Part shown: one piece after another, positions 20,486 to 29,056 of the stretch | Position numbering within the stretch: the first letter of the stretch is position 1 | Layout of the letters: each line of letters opens with the position of its first letter | Assembly: GCA_964511555.1 (NCBI GenBank) | Contig: CAZEFR010000001.1 | Coordinates: 83,698 to 147,697 of the forward strand | Reading direction: 5' to 3' | Length of the DNA stretch: 64,000 bases | Origin: an uncultured Chryseobacterium sp. | GTDB taxonomy: Bacteria; Bacteroidota; Bacteroidia; Flavobacteriales_D; Sanyastnellaceae | Program-made: the position numbers and the translations under genes | Notes under the pieces: model-generated | Databases searched by the model: none | What the model saw: only the letters and a program-made list of their open reading frames with translations | Told to the model about the DNA's origin: nothing

Positions 20486-21710
20486 AGGTGATAGGAATTT
20501 CCAATTCCTTTTCAATGAATGCGATGTAATCTGACAGCTCCTGTGGGAATTCTTCGATTGTTCTAATTTTAGTCAAATCAGTATTCCATCCTTTTAAAGT
20601 GGTGTAAATAGGCTCTACTTTTCCGTCTAACAAATCGTAAGGCATCTCATCTGTTTGCACACCATTGATTGTGTAGTGTGTGCAGACATGAATTTCTTCA
20701 AAGATGCTAAGTACATCTGCCTTCATCATGTACAACTCTGTGATTCCGTTTAGTCGACAAGCATAGCGAAGCGCGGGAATATCTAACCAACCGCAGCGAC
20801 GAGCACGACCGGTTGTAGAACCGAATTCGTTTCCTTCTTTGCGCATGCGTTCTCCAACTTCATTTTCTAGTTCAGTGGGGAATGGGCCACTGCCAACACG
20901 GGTGCAATAGGCTTTGAATATTCCGAATGCCGATCCAATGGAATTCGGTGCAATACCCAGTCCAGTGCACGCTCCCGCAGCAACCGTGTTACTTGAAGTA
21001 ACAAACGGATAAGATCCGAAGTCAATATCGAGAAGTGAACCTTGGGCACCTTCAGCTAAAATCTTTTTGTTTTCGCGAATGGCTTTGTGCAGGTAATTTT
21101 CGCTGTCTATGAAGGTTAAAGTCTTTAACACTTCGATTCCTTGGAACCACGCTGCTTCCATCTCGTCAAGTGAATATTCGAATTGAAAATGCGAAAGCAT
21201 TTTCTTGTGCTTTTCTACAAGCGTGTTGTATTTTTCGATGAAGTTTTCTGAAAGAATGTCACCGATGCGAAGGCCATTGCGACCTGTTTTGTCCATGTAG
21301 GTTGGACCAATACCCTTCAAGGTAGATCCAATTTTAGACTTCCCCTTTTCGGCTTCAGAAGCTGCGTCGAGAAGCTTGTGTGTCGGAAGAATGAGATGCG
21401 CTTTTTTCGAAATTAGAAGTCGTGATGCAACATCTACATTTTTAGCATTGAGTTTTCCTATTTCGGTAGCGAAAACGATGGGGTCAATTACAACGCCATT
21501 TCCAACTACATTGGTAACATGATTATGGAAGATTCCACTTGGAATGGTGTGCAGAACATGTTTTGTTCCGTTGAACTCGAGGGTATGACCCGCATTGGGT
21601 CCGCCTTGAAATCTGGCTACGATGTCGTATTTCGGAGTTAATACGTCTACAATTTTCCCTTTTCCTTCATCGCCCCACTGAAGGCCTAACAATACGTCTA
21701 CTTTGCTCAT
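20442..21710 (-). CDS. purA: Adenylosuccinate synthetase
   Basis: QWGDEGKGKIVD P-loop, GPNAGHT, TTGRARRCGWLD. Confidence 0.97.
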   Translation of the reverse strand: MSKVDVLLGLQWGDEGKGKIVDVLTPKYDIVARFQGGPNAGHTLEFNGTKHVLHTIPSGIFHNHVTNVVGNGVVIDPIVFATEIGKLNAKNVDVASRLLISKKAHLILPTHKLLDAASEAEKGKSKIGSTLKGIGPTYMDKTGRNGLRIGDILSENFIEKYNTLVEKHKKMLSHFQFEYSLDEMEAAWFQGIEVLKTLTFIDSENYLHKAIRENKKILAEGAQGSLLDIDFGSYPFVTSSNTVAAGACTGLGIAPNSIGSAFGIFKAYCTRVGSGPFPTELENEVGERMRKEGNEFGSTTGRARRCGWLDIPALRYACRLNGITELYMMKADVLSIFEEIHVCTHYTINGVQTDEMPYDLLDGKVEPIYTTLKGWNTDLTKIRTIEEFPQELSDYIAFIEKELEIPITYVSVGPDREQTIVR

Positions 21711-21739
21711 TCTGATTTGTAAAGCACAAAAGTAGTGGG

Positions 21740-23086
21740 TTATTCAAAATAAGCCTTATTTTCTTCAAGGAAATTTTCCAACTTACTTCTCATGATGAGT
21801 CGGCTAATGACTTTCATATTCGAGTCAAGCGCTATAAGCGTGGGAGTGGAAGGGGAAGGGTAATGTTTAGCTAAGTGTGGGCGCTTGTCCATGGGGGGAA
21901 GTACGTTGATCCACGGTTGTTGATGTGTTGATAAGTGATTTTTCCACAGCGCCTCTTCTTTGTCAATGGAGATGGCATAGACTTCCAATCCTTTTTCGTG
22001 GTATTTTTTATAAATCTCTTGGAGCTTAGGGTGGAACTCTTCACAATGTGAACAATTACTTCTCCAAAACATGACTAAAGTCACTTTGTTTTTTTTACAA
22101 GTTTCTTCAAGCGAAATGGTCTTCCCTTCTTGATTTGGGTACTTCAGTTCGGTGGCTTTTTTACCGGGAGAGCAGTTTTTCAAAGACTCAATGAGGCTTT
22201 TGGTGTTTACACTGAATGAAGCATTATCAGAGCATCCATCTGCGTAATTGTTTAGGTAGTAGGAGAGTCCCTCTTCATTTTTATAGTCCAACATTTTATT
22301 CAACATGAAAGAATGCAGGTATTGGTTCACGGCTTCATTCTCACCCATTCGTCCCAACAATTCATCTGTAAATTTCTGAGCGTATTCTTGCGGGTAGGAC
22401 TTGTAAAGCTGATTGAAGTATTGGTTGAGGCCACGCACGAAGGCATAGTGAAACAGTATTACCTCGTTATTGTAGTCAACATTTCCGAGAAAATGCTTGA
22501 AATAGATTGTGCTGTCGAATTGCATGAAGTCATGCGGAAGTCTGCGACAGAAAAGCGGTGCAAAGTTGGAGTAGACCTCTGAATTTTGTGCCTCTTTGGA
22601 CTTTTCTAAAGTCTTTGTATTGATGATTTTTTGCTTGTTCAGGAAAGCAGGATGGGTGATTGATTTGTACGAATCGAAATCCAGTTGAAGGTTTGCATAC
22701 AGCGTTGCTAATTCAACATAATCCACTTGTTCATCTGAAAGAAAGAGAGAGGTAGGTAGTCCGTTTAGTTTCAAGAAGTCTAGAGTTAAGTCAATGGATT
22801 TCGGAAGCGTTTTCGGGTTAATATAAAAGTCGGTCCAAGCTTTGCCTGATCCTGAAAAACGAAGGCGGTATTGCCCGATATGGGAAGGCGTGAAGCTTAT
22901 TGAAACGGCTCCCTCTTCATCTAACTCAGAAGTTGATAGAATTTGCCACTGGTCCTTTTCAAAGGCTTCGAGAAATACTTTTTTAGAACTCTGCACCGGT
23001 ATATTTTCAACATGAAGTTTCATACTCGTTTGCCCGAATGCAATCGATAAGCCAAGGGTCAATATGACGGTGAGAATTGATTTCAT
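21740..23086 (-). CDS. Secreted thioredoxin-fold (TlpA/AhpC-TSA-like) protein with a long N-terminal domain
   Basis: Signal peptide present. The C-terminal thioredoxin fold carries a WRSNCSHCEEF CxxC motif. Confidence 0.8.
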   Translation of the reverse strand: MKSILTVILTLGLSIAFGQTSMKLHVENIPVQSSKKVFLEAFEKDQWQILSTSELDEEGAVSISFTPSHIGQYRLRFSGSGKAWTDFYINPKTLPKSIDLTLDFLKLNGLPTSLFLSDEQVDYVELATLYANLQLDFDSYKSITHPAFLNKQKIINTKTLEKSKEAQNSEVYSNFAPLFCRRLPHDFMQFDSTIYFKHFLGNVDYNNEVILFHYAFVRGLNQYFNQLYKSYPQEYAQKFTDELLGRMGENEAVNQYLHSFMLNKMLDYKNEEGLSYYLNNYADGCSDNASFSVNTKSLIESLKNCSPGKKATELKYPNQEGKTISLEETCKKNKVTLVMFWRSNCSHCEEFHPKLQEIYKKYHEKGLEVYAISIDKEEALWKNHLSTHQQPWINVLPPMDKRPHLAKHYPSPSTPTLIALDSNMKVISRLIMRSKLENFLEENKAYFE

Positions 23087-23087
23087 G

Positions 23088-23119
23088 GTGAAAAAAAAAG
23101 GTCACCGAAGTGACCTTTT
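23088..23119 (-). terminator. Strong intrinsic terminator after the lipoprotein operon
   Basis: On the minus strand: AAAAGGTCAC-TTCG-GTGACCTTTT (10 bp) running into a 9-nt T tract. It ends 4 nt before the next ATG (23086). Confidence 0.75.
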
Positions 23120-23134
23120 AAAAGGGATTTAAGA

Positions 23135-23716
23135 TTATTTACCTTGAGAAAGTTTCTCCATTTCTTTGTCGAAAGTTTCTTTGAATTTTTCGTAGTTGTA
23201 GTCAGCTTTTAATTTGTCATTTTTAGACAACCCACTTTGGTATGCATCTGCGATAGTGTTTCCGCTTAACTCAAGAGCAACGTAACTTACATAAGTTCCA
23301 TCAGGGCGTTGAGTTAATTTTTCACAGATTTCAATGCAACCGCGAAGTTCTTGGTCAACAACTGTGCGAGCCATTTCGTTGAAAGACTCAGTTACTTCTT
23401 CTTTGTTGTTTACTTCAGTGGAGTTAACGTAGTTGTCACCAACAATTTTCATTGTAGCGCTGATTGTTTTTCCCATTTCAGACATAGCGTTTGAACGCGC
23501 TTTTTTCTTAGCAGTCTCACGATCCATGCTCTCGCCTGTAGCGGTTGAACGAAAAGCTTCGTTGGTACTTTTGTAATCATTACCTGAGCAGTATTCATTG
23601 ATGATTACTTCTCCTTTTGGGTCTGGAGTTTTCACTTCGTCTTTGTTCTTCTTGCAAGAAGGGATAGCAACCATTGTCATTGCAGCAATTGCTAAAAGGG
23701 TAATACGTGTTTTCAT
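23135..23716 (-). CDS. LPP20/FlgP-like lipoprotein
   Basis: Lipoprotein signal MKTRITLLAIAAMTMVAIPSC. Pattern TGESMDRETAKKKARSNAMSEMGKTISATM...VDQELRG...YVSYVALELS resembles the LPP20 family. Confidence 0.6.
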   Translation of the reverse strand: MKTRITLLAIAAMTMVAIPSCKKNKDEVKTPDPKGEVIINEYCSGNDYKSTNEAFRSTATGESMDRETAKKKARSNAMSEMGKTISATMKIVGDNYVNSTEVNNKEEVTESFNEMARTVVDQELRGCIEICEKLTQRPDGTYVSYVALELSGNTIADAYQSGLSKNDKLKADYNYEKFKETFDKEMEKLSQGK

Positions 23717-23764
23717 TTTGTCAAGATATTAGTTGTATTGTTGTTTTCAGTTATTGTGCCAAAC

Positions 23765-25147
23765 TTACAAAATAATTTTAATTATTTCTGGGATTAGCGT
23801 GGTTTCAATAATTTCTCTTTGTTTTTTATACGCTTCTAAGACTGCATTTTCGTGAGAAAGTTGCACGCCTTTGACTCCATTGATGCTGTGTTCATATACA
23901 GGAGAGTTTGTTTTGGTGTCGTTAACAACAAATTTACCATCGATGTACGCTACTTTAAAACCTTGAATATCTTCTCCTGCTCGCGGATTTACGTTTATGT
24001 AAATGACGTAATCTGCATTTGTTTCACTTGATTCAATTCGCATGCCTCGGCTAACGAGGGTGTTTTTCGTTGTTTCTGAAAGCGTTGTGATTTTAGTGCC
24101 GTCGAGTCGAAATTCATTGGTTGTTATGAAGAAAGTGGGTGCGAGAATTTCAATAGGAATTTTCCTGCTATCAGTGTTTATCCCTGTTATGAGAGCTTTT
24201 GCAAGGTCGGAATCTAGGTCCTGAGGTACCAGGGCGTCAATGACTAGACTTAGTTCAAGAGCGTTGTTTCTGGCCTTGAGAGATACATTGTCTACATCGG
24301 CTAAAATAATTCCATCATTATCAGACATGACAGTTTTAGGTTTCATGAAATTGTCTCTTTGATAAGAATATCTCACATTTATGCCTCGCACACCTTCGCC
24401 TTTGTATGTAACCATTATCGGTACTTGAGCTTTGAAAGTGTTTTTAGACGAAAGAACGATATTCTTGAGAGGTGTTTCAAAGCGCAAGTCGGCTAATACT
24501 GCTCTTATCTCGGAAAATAGTTCGTTGTCTATGAAAATTTCGTTCCCATTTTCATCTTTTACTCTGTTTACCTCAGTCCAGTATGGTTTCAGAGCAAAAA
24601 GCCCGTGATAAAAAAGATCTATAGCAGTTGGTATATTTTTATTCTTTTTAGCCTCTCTGCCTTTTTTTAAAAAATCCAACGCTGATCTCAGTGTATTGTC
24701 TTTTTTCTGATCTTTTTTTGTTTGATAATCGAGCTTGTTAAGTCTGTAGTAGACGGCATAAATTTCTTTGTCCTCCCATATTCCAGCAACTTCATAATCT
24801 TCCAACAATTCAGAAGATGATGTTGTAACGTTTGAACTAAAGCTTTCACTGAAGGCTTTATTTACTTCCATGGTATTAAAGAAGGTTTGGCCTTCAACTT
24901 TCACAGAAATCTCTGTTGCTAAATCGTTCAGGGCTAATTTCTTTGCTATTGCTTGAAATTCTGTTGGCTGCGTAATCTTCGAGCAAGTGGCAATGCCAAT
25001 GTAATACGCAGAGTTAATTGGTCTAGAAGACACCCATTCTGGTTTTGGTTGTGGAGGAGGAACAACTGTTTTGACTGAGTCTTTAGAGCCACATGCATTT
25101 AGCAGAACGATTCCCAAAAAAAGGAAGTATTTGTAAAATAGTTTCAT
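23765..25147 (-). CDS. Lipoprotein with N-terminal LPP20-like domain and a C-terminal domain of unknown function
   Basis: Lipoprotein signal FLGIVLLNACGSKD. PEWVSSRP..YYIGIA..QAIAKKLALNDLATEISVKVEGQ..EDYEVAGIWED..YAVYYRL fits the LPP20 pattern. TAATG overlap with the upstream gene. Confidence 0.6.
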   Translation of the reverse strand: MKLFYKYFLFLGIVLLNACGSKDSVKTVVPPPQPKPEWVSSRPINSAYYIGIATCSKITQPTEFQAIAKKLALNDLATEISVKVEGQTFFNTMEVNKAFSESFSSNVTTSSSELLEDYEVAGIWEDKEIYAVYYRLNKLDYQTKKDQKKDNTLRSALDFLKKGREAKKNKNIPTAIDLFYHGLFALKPYWTEVNRVKDENGNEIFIDNELFSEIRAVLADLRFETPLKNIVLSSKNTFKAQVPIMVTYKGEGVRGINVRYSYQRDNFMKPKTVMSDNDGIILADVDNVSLKARNNALELSLVIDALVPQDLDSDLAKALITGINTDSRKIPIEILAPTFFITTNEFRLDGTKITTLSETTKNTLVSRGMRIESSETNADYVIYINVNPRAGEDIQGFKVAYIDGKFVVNDTKTNSPVYEHSINGVKGVQLSHENAVLEAYKKQREIIETTLIPEIIKIIL

Positions 25148-26517
25148 TAGGGAACAAGCGTTTGCATTTGTATTTTGACGTTATCAGCAATCTTCTTTGC
25201 TATTTCAATGTACAAGTCATTGGCGAGGTCATTTCCATCGCGAAGGTTTCTTCTTGCGTTAAGCATTTCTCTCAGTGCATTGCGATCTCTAGTGTTGGTA
25301 TTCACTACATTCCCGTTAGCAGGGAGCAAATTGTTTGTATTTCCGCCATAAACCGCATAGATTACCTCGTCTTTTTTCTTTTCAGTAAAGATGTCGTTTT
25401 TAATCAAGGAAGCGGTTTCAATAGAAGTCATTTTGTATTGGATAGAAACGTTGGATTCTGAGAAGTTGTAATACTCATCGAATTGAGTTGGTTTGTATTC
25501 AGTGTCGTAAAATGTTTTTCCTTCAGAATTTACTTTCTTCACTTGATAGGATTCGAAGCCGTTTCGAGTCACTTTTCGAATTTGTCCATTTTGTACGGTG
25601 TGATTCAGGACGGTTCCCGTTATCAGTGCTTTAGCTCCTGATATTTTGCCAATTTCAACAGCATTAGATTCAGAGAAAATTCCGCTCATCTGAATGCGTT
25701 GTTCAGCAAGAATATTATTAAGGTTTTCACGATCTATTACATGAAGAAATGGATCGTTAATCTGAGTCAGTGCATTTAAAATGTAGGCTGTTGCTTTCGT
25801 GTCGCTTCCCTGCATGTTGGTGCCGTTGCTAAAGGGAAGTAATGCAACGGTATACTTTCCCCTTTCAAGAGATTTCTTTTTGAGCTCTGCAGACTCTTTG
25901 TATCCTAATTTACGTTCTTCAACTTTTATAAAATTGTTGTAAGCTGCACGGTAATGTTTGGCCTCAAATTCAGTAACTGCCTTTTGATAAATGGGTTCGA
26001 GGTATGCGATATCTTTTAGTTCGCCTGCATTTTTGAAATTGGGGTCAAGTCTACCAATTTCATTGAAATTGATTTCAGCATCTGCGAATTTATTTTCTTC
26101 AAGTAACGAGGCTCCTTGTTCGTAGAGATCAGTCAAGTATGATTTTTTGACTTTTTCAAAGTCGCCATTGTAGAAATCGGGAATTTGAAGTTCTACGCCT
26201 ACACCGGCAATCTTCGCTTTGTATTCTCTTGCTGCAATGAAGGAATAAACTGCTTCTTTTTTGTTCCCAAAACTGCTTTTTTGACTAAAGTCACTGAGCA
26301 TGTTACTCAAAACTGTTTGCCCAGTTTTTTTCATTCCAATTTGGGCGTCTATGTTGGCTCTTTTTTTCCAAAGCGCGGTGTAGTAATTCTCAGAGGCTTC
26401 TTTGGTCAATCCAGCCGCCTCTTGTTTCTTAGCAAGTTTCGTAAAGTATTTGCTGTTGTGACAAGACTGAGCAGTCACTAGAAGAAGCGCGCTTAAGAGG
26501 AAAAGGACTGTTCTCAT
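25147..26517 (-). CDS. Lipoprotein with TPR-like helical N-region and a CsgG/LpoB-like C-terminal domain
   Basis: Signal LLLVTAQSC. YTVALLPFSNGTNMQGSDTKATAYILNALTQINDPFLHVIDRENLNNILAEQRIQMSG..GAKALITGTV..VSIQYKMTSIETASLI follows the CsgG-family pattern (PF..tg...l...L....f.v.eR..l..il.E....G..GA..ii.G.v). Confidence 0.55.
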   Translation of the reverse strand: MRTVLFLLSALLLVTAQSCHNSKYFTKLAKKQEAAGLTKEASENYYTALWKKRANIDAQIGMKKTGQTVLSNMLSDFSQKSSFGNKKEAVYSFIAAREYKAKIAGVGVELQIPDFYNGDFEKVKKSYLTDLYEQGASLLEENKFADAEINFNEIGRLDPNFKNAGELKDIAYLEPIYQKAVTEFEAKHYRAAYNNFIKVEERKLGYKESAELKKKSLERGKYTVALLPFSNGTNMQGSDTKATAYILNALTQINDPFLHVIDRENLNNILAEQRIQMSGIFSESNAVEIGKISGAKALITGTVLNHTVQNGQIRKVTRNGFESYQVKKVNSEGKTFYDTEYKPTQFDEYYNFSESNVSIQYKMTSIETASLIKNDIFTEKKKDEVIYAVYGGNTNNLLPANGNVVNTNTRDRNALREMLNARRNLRDGNDLANDLYIEIAKKIADNVKIQMQTLVP

Positions 26518-26519
26518 AA

Positions 26520-27626
26520 TTATTTCGTTTCAATGTATTCATTTAGCTCTTCCGTACTCGAATCGAAGTTGAAGGCTTGACTTACATTGTAGTAATTGTT
26601 TTGGTCGAAGCAAAAATCGTAAGCATATTTTGCGAATTCTAGACGAGTTTCTTCGAATCCGAAAATTTGCATGATTTCAAGAATTTGGTCTGTTGTAAGG
26701 CAATTGGCTTTTGCGACTTGTCTTGCCGTTGACAGCCTGGTGTCGTCGAATCCCTTACTTTCTATGGTTTGTTTAGCTCTGCCAAAGCTTGCTGCATCCA
26801 TTGATCGAGTGCAGTTTCCGTTTCCAGAAATGGTAGCATTCGAGGGCTGGGTTGAAGATGGTTCGCTTGGACGTGTTGAGTGAGCTGGGACGGTGGAATT
26901 GCTTGAGGAAGTTGATGTTGTAGTTCTGGTAGTTGTTGTGGTTGTTCCAGATGTTTGAACATCCATGTTTGGAACATTCATGTTAATACCCATGTTCATT
27001 CCGTCTACATTAATATTCATTCCAACGTTTCCACCAGTAGTTGTGGAATTGGTTTCGCTGACATTTACATTCATTCCGAAGTTTACGCCGTCTACGTTAA
27101 CATTCATTCCAACGTTCCCCACATTTGTGGGATTGGCGTTTGTGCCGGTTACTGTTGTAGTAGTTGTTGTATTTGAATTTCCGCTGTTCACGACTCCGGT
27201 GGAGTTCTGCGTTTGAGTTGTGCTCGCAGGCACATCGTCTGCAACGGCGAAATCTTTCACGTTATTGTTGGCAGGGGAGTTCGCTGTAGAATTAGCAGAA
27301 ATAGGGTTTTCTGTAAAAAAACGAAGGACGTACTCACCTTTTTTATTTTTCTTCACTTGGTAGGTAACTTCCATTCCTGGATGAAGTGCAAAGTTGTTGT
27401 TGGAGAAATCGGCAAGTGATGCATCTTGAAAATCTACTCGTGCTTGGTAAAATTCTGATGTCAAACCTGTAAGCTTTATGTTTGCTTGAGGTGCGCTGTT
27501 CATGGCTTCGCCGTTTAAGTAAAGTGTGAATTTCTCTCCTGCTTCGGAATAAATTACGGCATTCATTTGAGCAAAAGCGTTTGAGAAAGAAAGGAGGGCT
27601 AGGGTTATTAAAGCTATTTTTTTCAT
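26520..27626 (-). CDS. Secreted protein with an N-terminal beta domain, a Thr/Asn-rich linker carrying GMNVNV ladder repeats, and a C-terminal DUF4476-like domain
   Basis: Signal peptide MKKIALITLALLSFSNAFAQ. The C-terminus MDAASFGRAKQTIESKGFDDTRLSTARQVAKANCLTTDQILEIMQIFGFEETRLEFAKYAYDFCFDQNNYYNV matches my recollection of DUF4476. Confidence 0.65.
   Translation of the reverse strand: MKKIALITLALLSFSNAFAQMNAVIYSEAGEKFTLYLNGEAMNSAPQANIKLTGLTSEFYQARVDFQDASLADFSNNNFALHPGMEVTYQVKKNKKGEYVLRFFTENPISANSTANSPANNNVKDFAVADDVPASTTQTQNSTGVVNSGNSNTTTTTTVTGTNANPTNVGNVGMNVNVDGVNFGMNVNVSETNSTTTGGNVGMNINVDGMNMGINMNVPNMDVQTSGTTTTTTRTTTSTSSSNSTVPAHSTRPSEPSSTQPSNATISGNGNCTRSMDAASFGRAKQTIESKGFDDTRLSTARQVAKANCLTTDQILEIMQIFGFEETRLEFAKYAYDFCFDQNNYYNVSQAFNFDSSTEELNEYIETK
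26973..27119 (-). repeat. Two in-frame 60-nt direct repeats spaced 87 nt apart, encoding GNVGMNVNVDGVNFGMNVNV and GNVGMNINVDGMNMGINMNV
   Basis: The DNA segments 27001-27032 and 27088-27119 are near-identical (ccgtctacRttaaYattcattccaacgttYcc). The peptide units are 15/20 identical. Confidence 0.85.
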
Positions 27627-27731
27627 CGTAATTAGGGTTGTCTTAATTGGTAAATTTAGTTATGAATCTATATGTAGAAAAGTTTATGCCAAAAAATAAT
27701 GCCTTAAGAAAGGGAAGCTAGTTGGTTTGGT

Positions 27732-27739
27732 TAACTTTG
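27732..27739 (+). promoter_or_regulatory. Bacteroidota -7 box TAACTTTG
   Basis: Exact TAnnTTTG match, 6 nt upstream of the ATG at 27746. Confidence 0.4.
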
Positions 27740-27745
27740 TTTGCG

Positions 27746-29056
27746 ATGGAAACGAAGAAAATAGTAATGTTTGGCGCAGGAAGAAGCGCACGTCATTTAG
27801 TTTCTTTTTTAGTGAAAGGAGCTATGGAAGGGAAGTGGAGTGTGGTGATAGCCGATACGAATGTGTCGCATTGGATTGAAGAATACGGGAGTCTTAGTGA
27901 AGTACATTTTATTTCTGGGGATGCGACAAACGCCGAGTTTCGTCATGAGTTGATTGCTCATTCGAGTTTAGTTATTTCAATGCTTCCAGCATTTATGCAT
28001 GCGGAAGTTGTGAAGGATTGTATCAATTTTCACGTGCATGTCTTCACTCCAAGTTATGTGAGTCCGGAGGTAAACGCCATGCATGAGCTAGCCCAACAGG
28101 AAGGTGTTTTGGTTTTGAATGAAATGGGTGTAGATCCTGGAATAGATCACATTTCGGCTATGGAAATCATTCATAGGTTAAAAAGTCAAGGGGCTGAAAT
28201 TAAATCGTTTGAATCATATACAGGAGGGCTTGTTGCTCCTGCAAGTGATGATAATTTATGGGGATATAAAATTTCATGGAATCCAAGAAATATAATACTT
28301 GCGGGAAGTTCTGGACATGCAATGTATCGCGAGAACAACAAACTTCGAATGGTTCCTTATTATAAATTGTTTGACGAAGTAGAGACTGTTCTTGCGAGTG
28401 ATGGTGTACGATATGATGCTTACCCAAACAGAAATTCAGTGCATTACCTCGAGTTATATGGATTAGAGAATGTTCACAAACTTGTTCGCGGAACATTGCG
28501 TAAGCAAGGCTATTGTAGAGGTTGGTCCTTTTTAGTGAAGAACGGTTTCGTGAATGATGATACAAAAATTCCGGCAGGTGAATTTTCAACATGGGCAGAG
28601 CTATCTGAGTCGTTGCTCGGTTTGAATTTCAACATAAACAATGAGAATGAAGAGGTGGCAGAGATGTTGAAAGAAATCGGAATCTTTAGCAATGAGCCAC
28701 TGAGCAATGAAGAGCATACTTGTGCGCAGCATCTTCAACAACTGCTTGAGAGAAAATGGATGTTGAAGGAAGGTGATTGCGATATGATTGTGATGGTGCA
28801 TAAATTCGGTTATAAGCTGCATGGAAAGAATCATATGTTAACCTCTTCGATGGTTTTGGAGGGAGATGACGAATTGAGAACAGCGATGTCGAAAACAGTG
28901 GGTATGCCAATCGCCTTTGCAGTTGATCGTTTATTCAATGGTGATTTTTCTTCACGTGGTGTTCAAATACCTGTGACCGCAGAGTTTTACGTGCCTCTAT
29001 TGCAAGACCTTCACAACTACGGTATTTCATTCGTTGAAACCATTGAAGAAATATGA
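27746..29056 (+). CDS. Saccharopine dehydrogenase family protein (NADP-dependent)
   Basis: The ATG at 27746 gives METKKIVMFGAGRSARHL (Rossmann fold). Also GVDPGIDH and ISWNPRN. Confidence 0.85.
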   Translation: METKKIVMFGAGRSARHLVSFLVKGAMEGKWSVVIADTNVSHWIEEYGSLSEVHFISGDATNAEFRHELIAHSSLVISMLPAFMHAEVVKDCINFHVHVFTPSYVSPEVNAMHELAQQEGVLVLNEMGVDPGIDHISAMEIIHRLKSQGAEIKSFESYTGGLVAPASDDNLWGYKISWNPRNIILAGSSGHAMYRENNKLRMVPYYKLFDEVETVLASDGVRYDAYPNRNSVHYLELYGLENVHKLVRGTLRKQGYCRGWSFLVKNGFVNDDTKIPAGEFSTWAELSESLLGLNFNINNENEEVAEMLKEIGIFSNEPLSNEEHTCAQHLQQLLERKWMLKEGDCDMIVMVHKFGYKLHGKNHMLTSSMVLEGDDELRTAMSKTVGMPIAFAVDRLFNGDFSSRGVQIPVTAEFYVPLLQDLHNYGISFVETIEEI

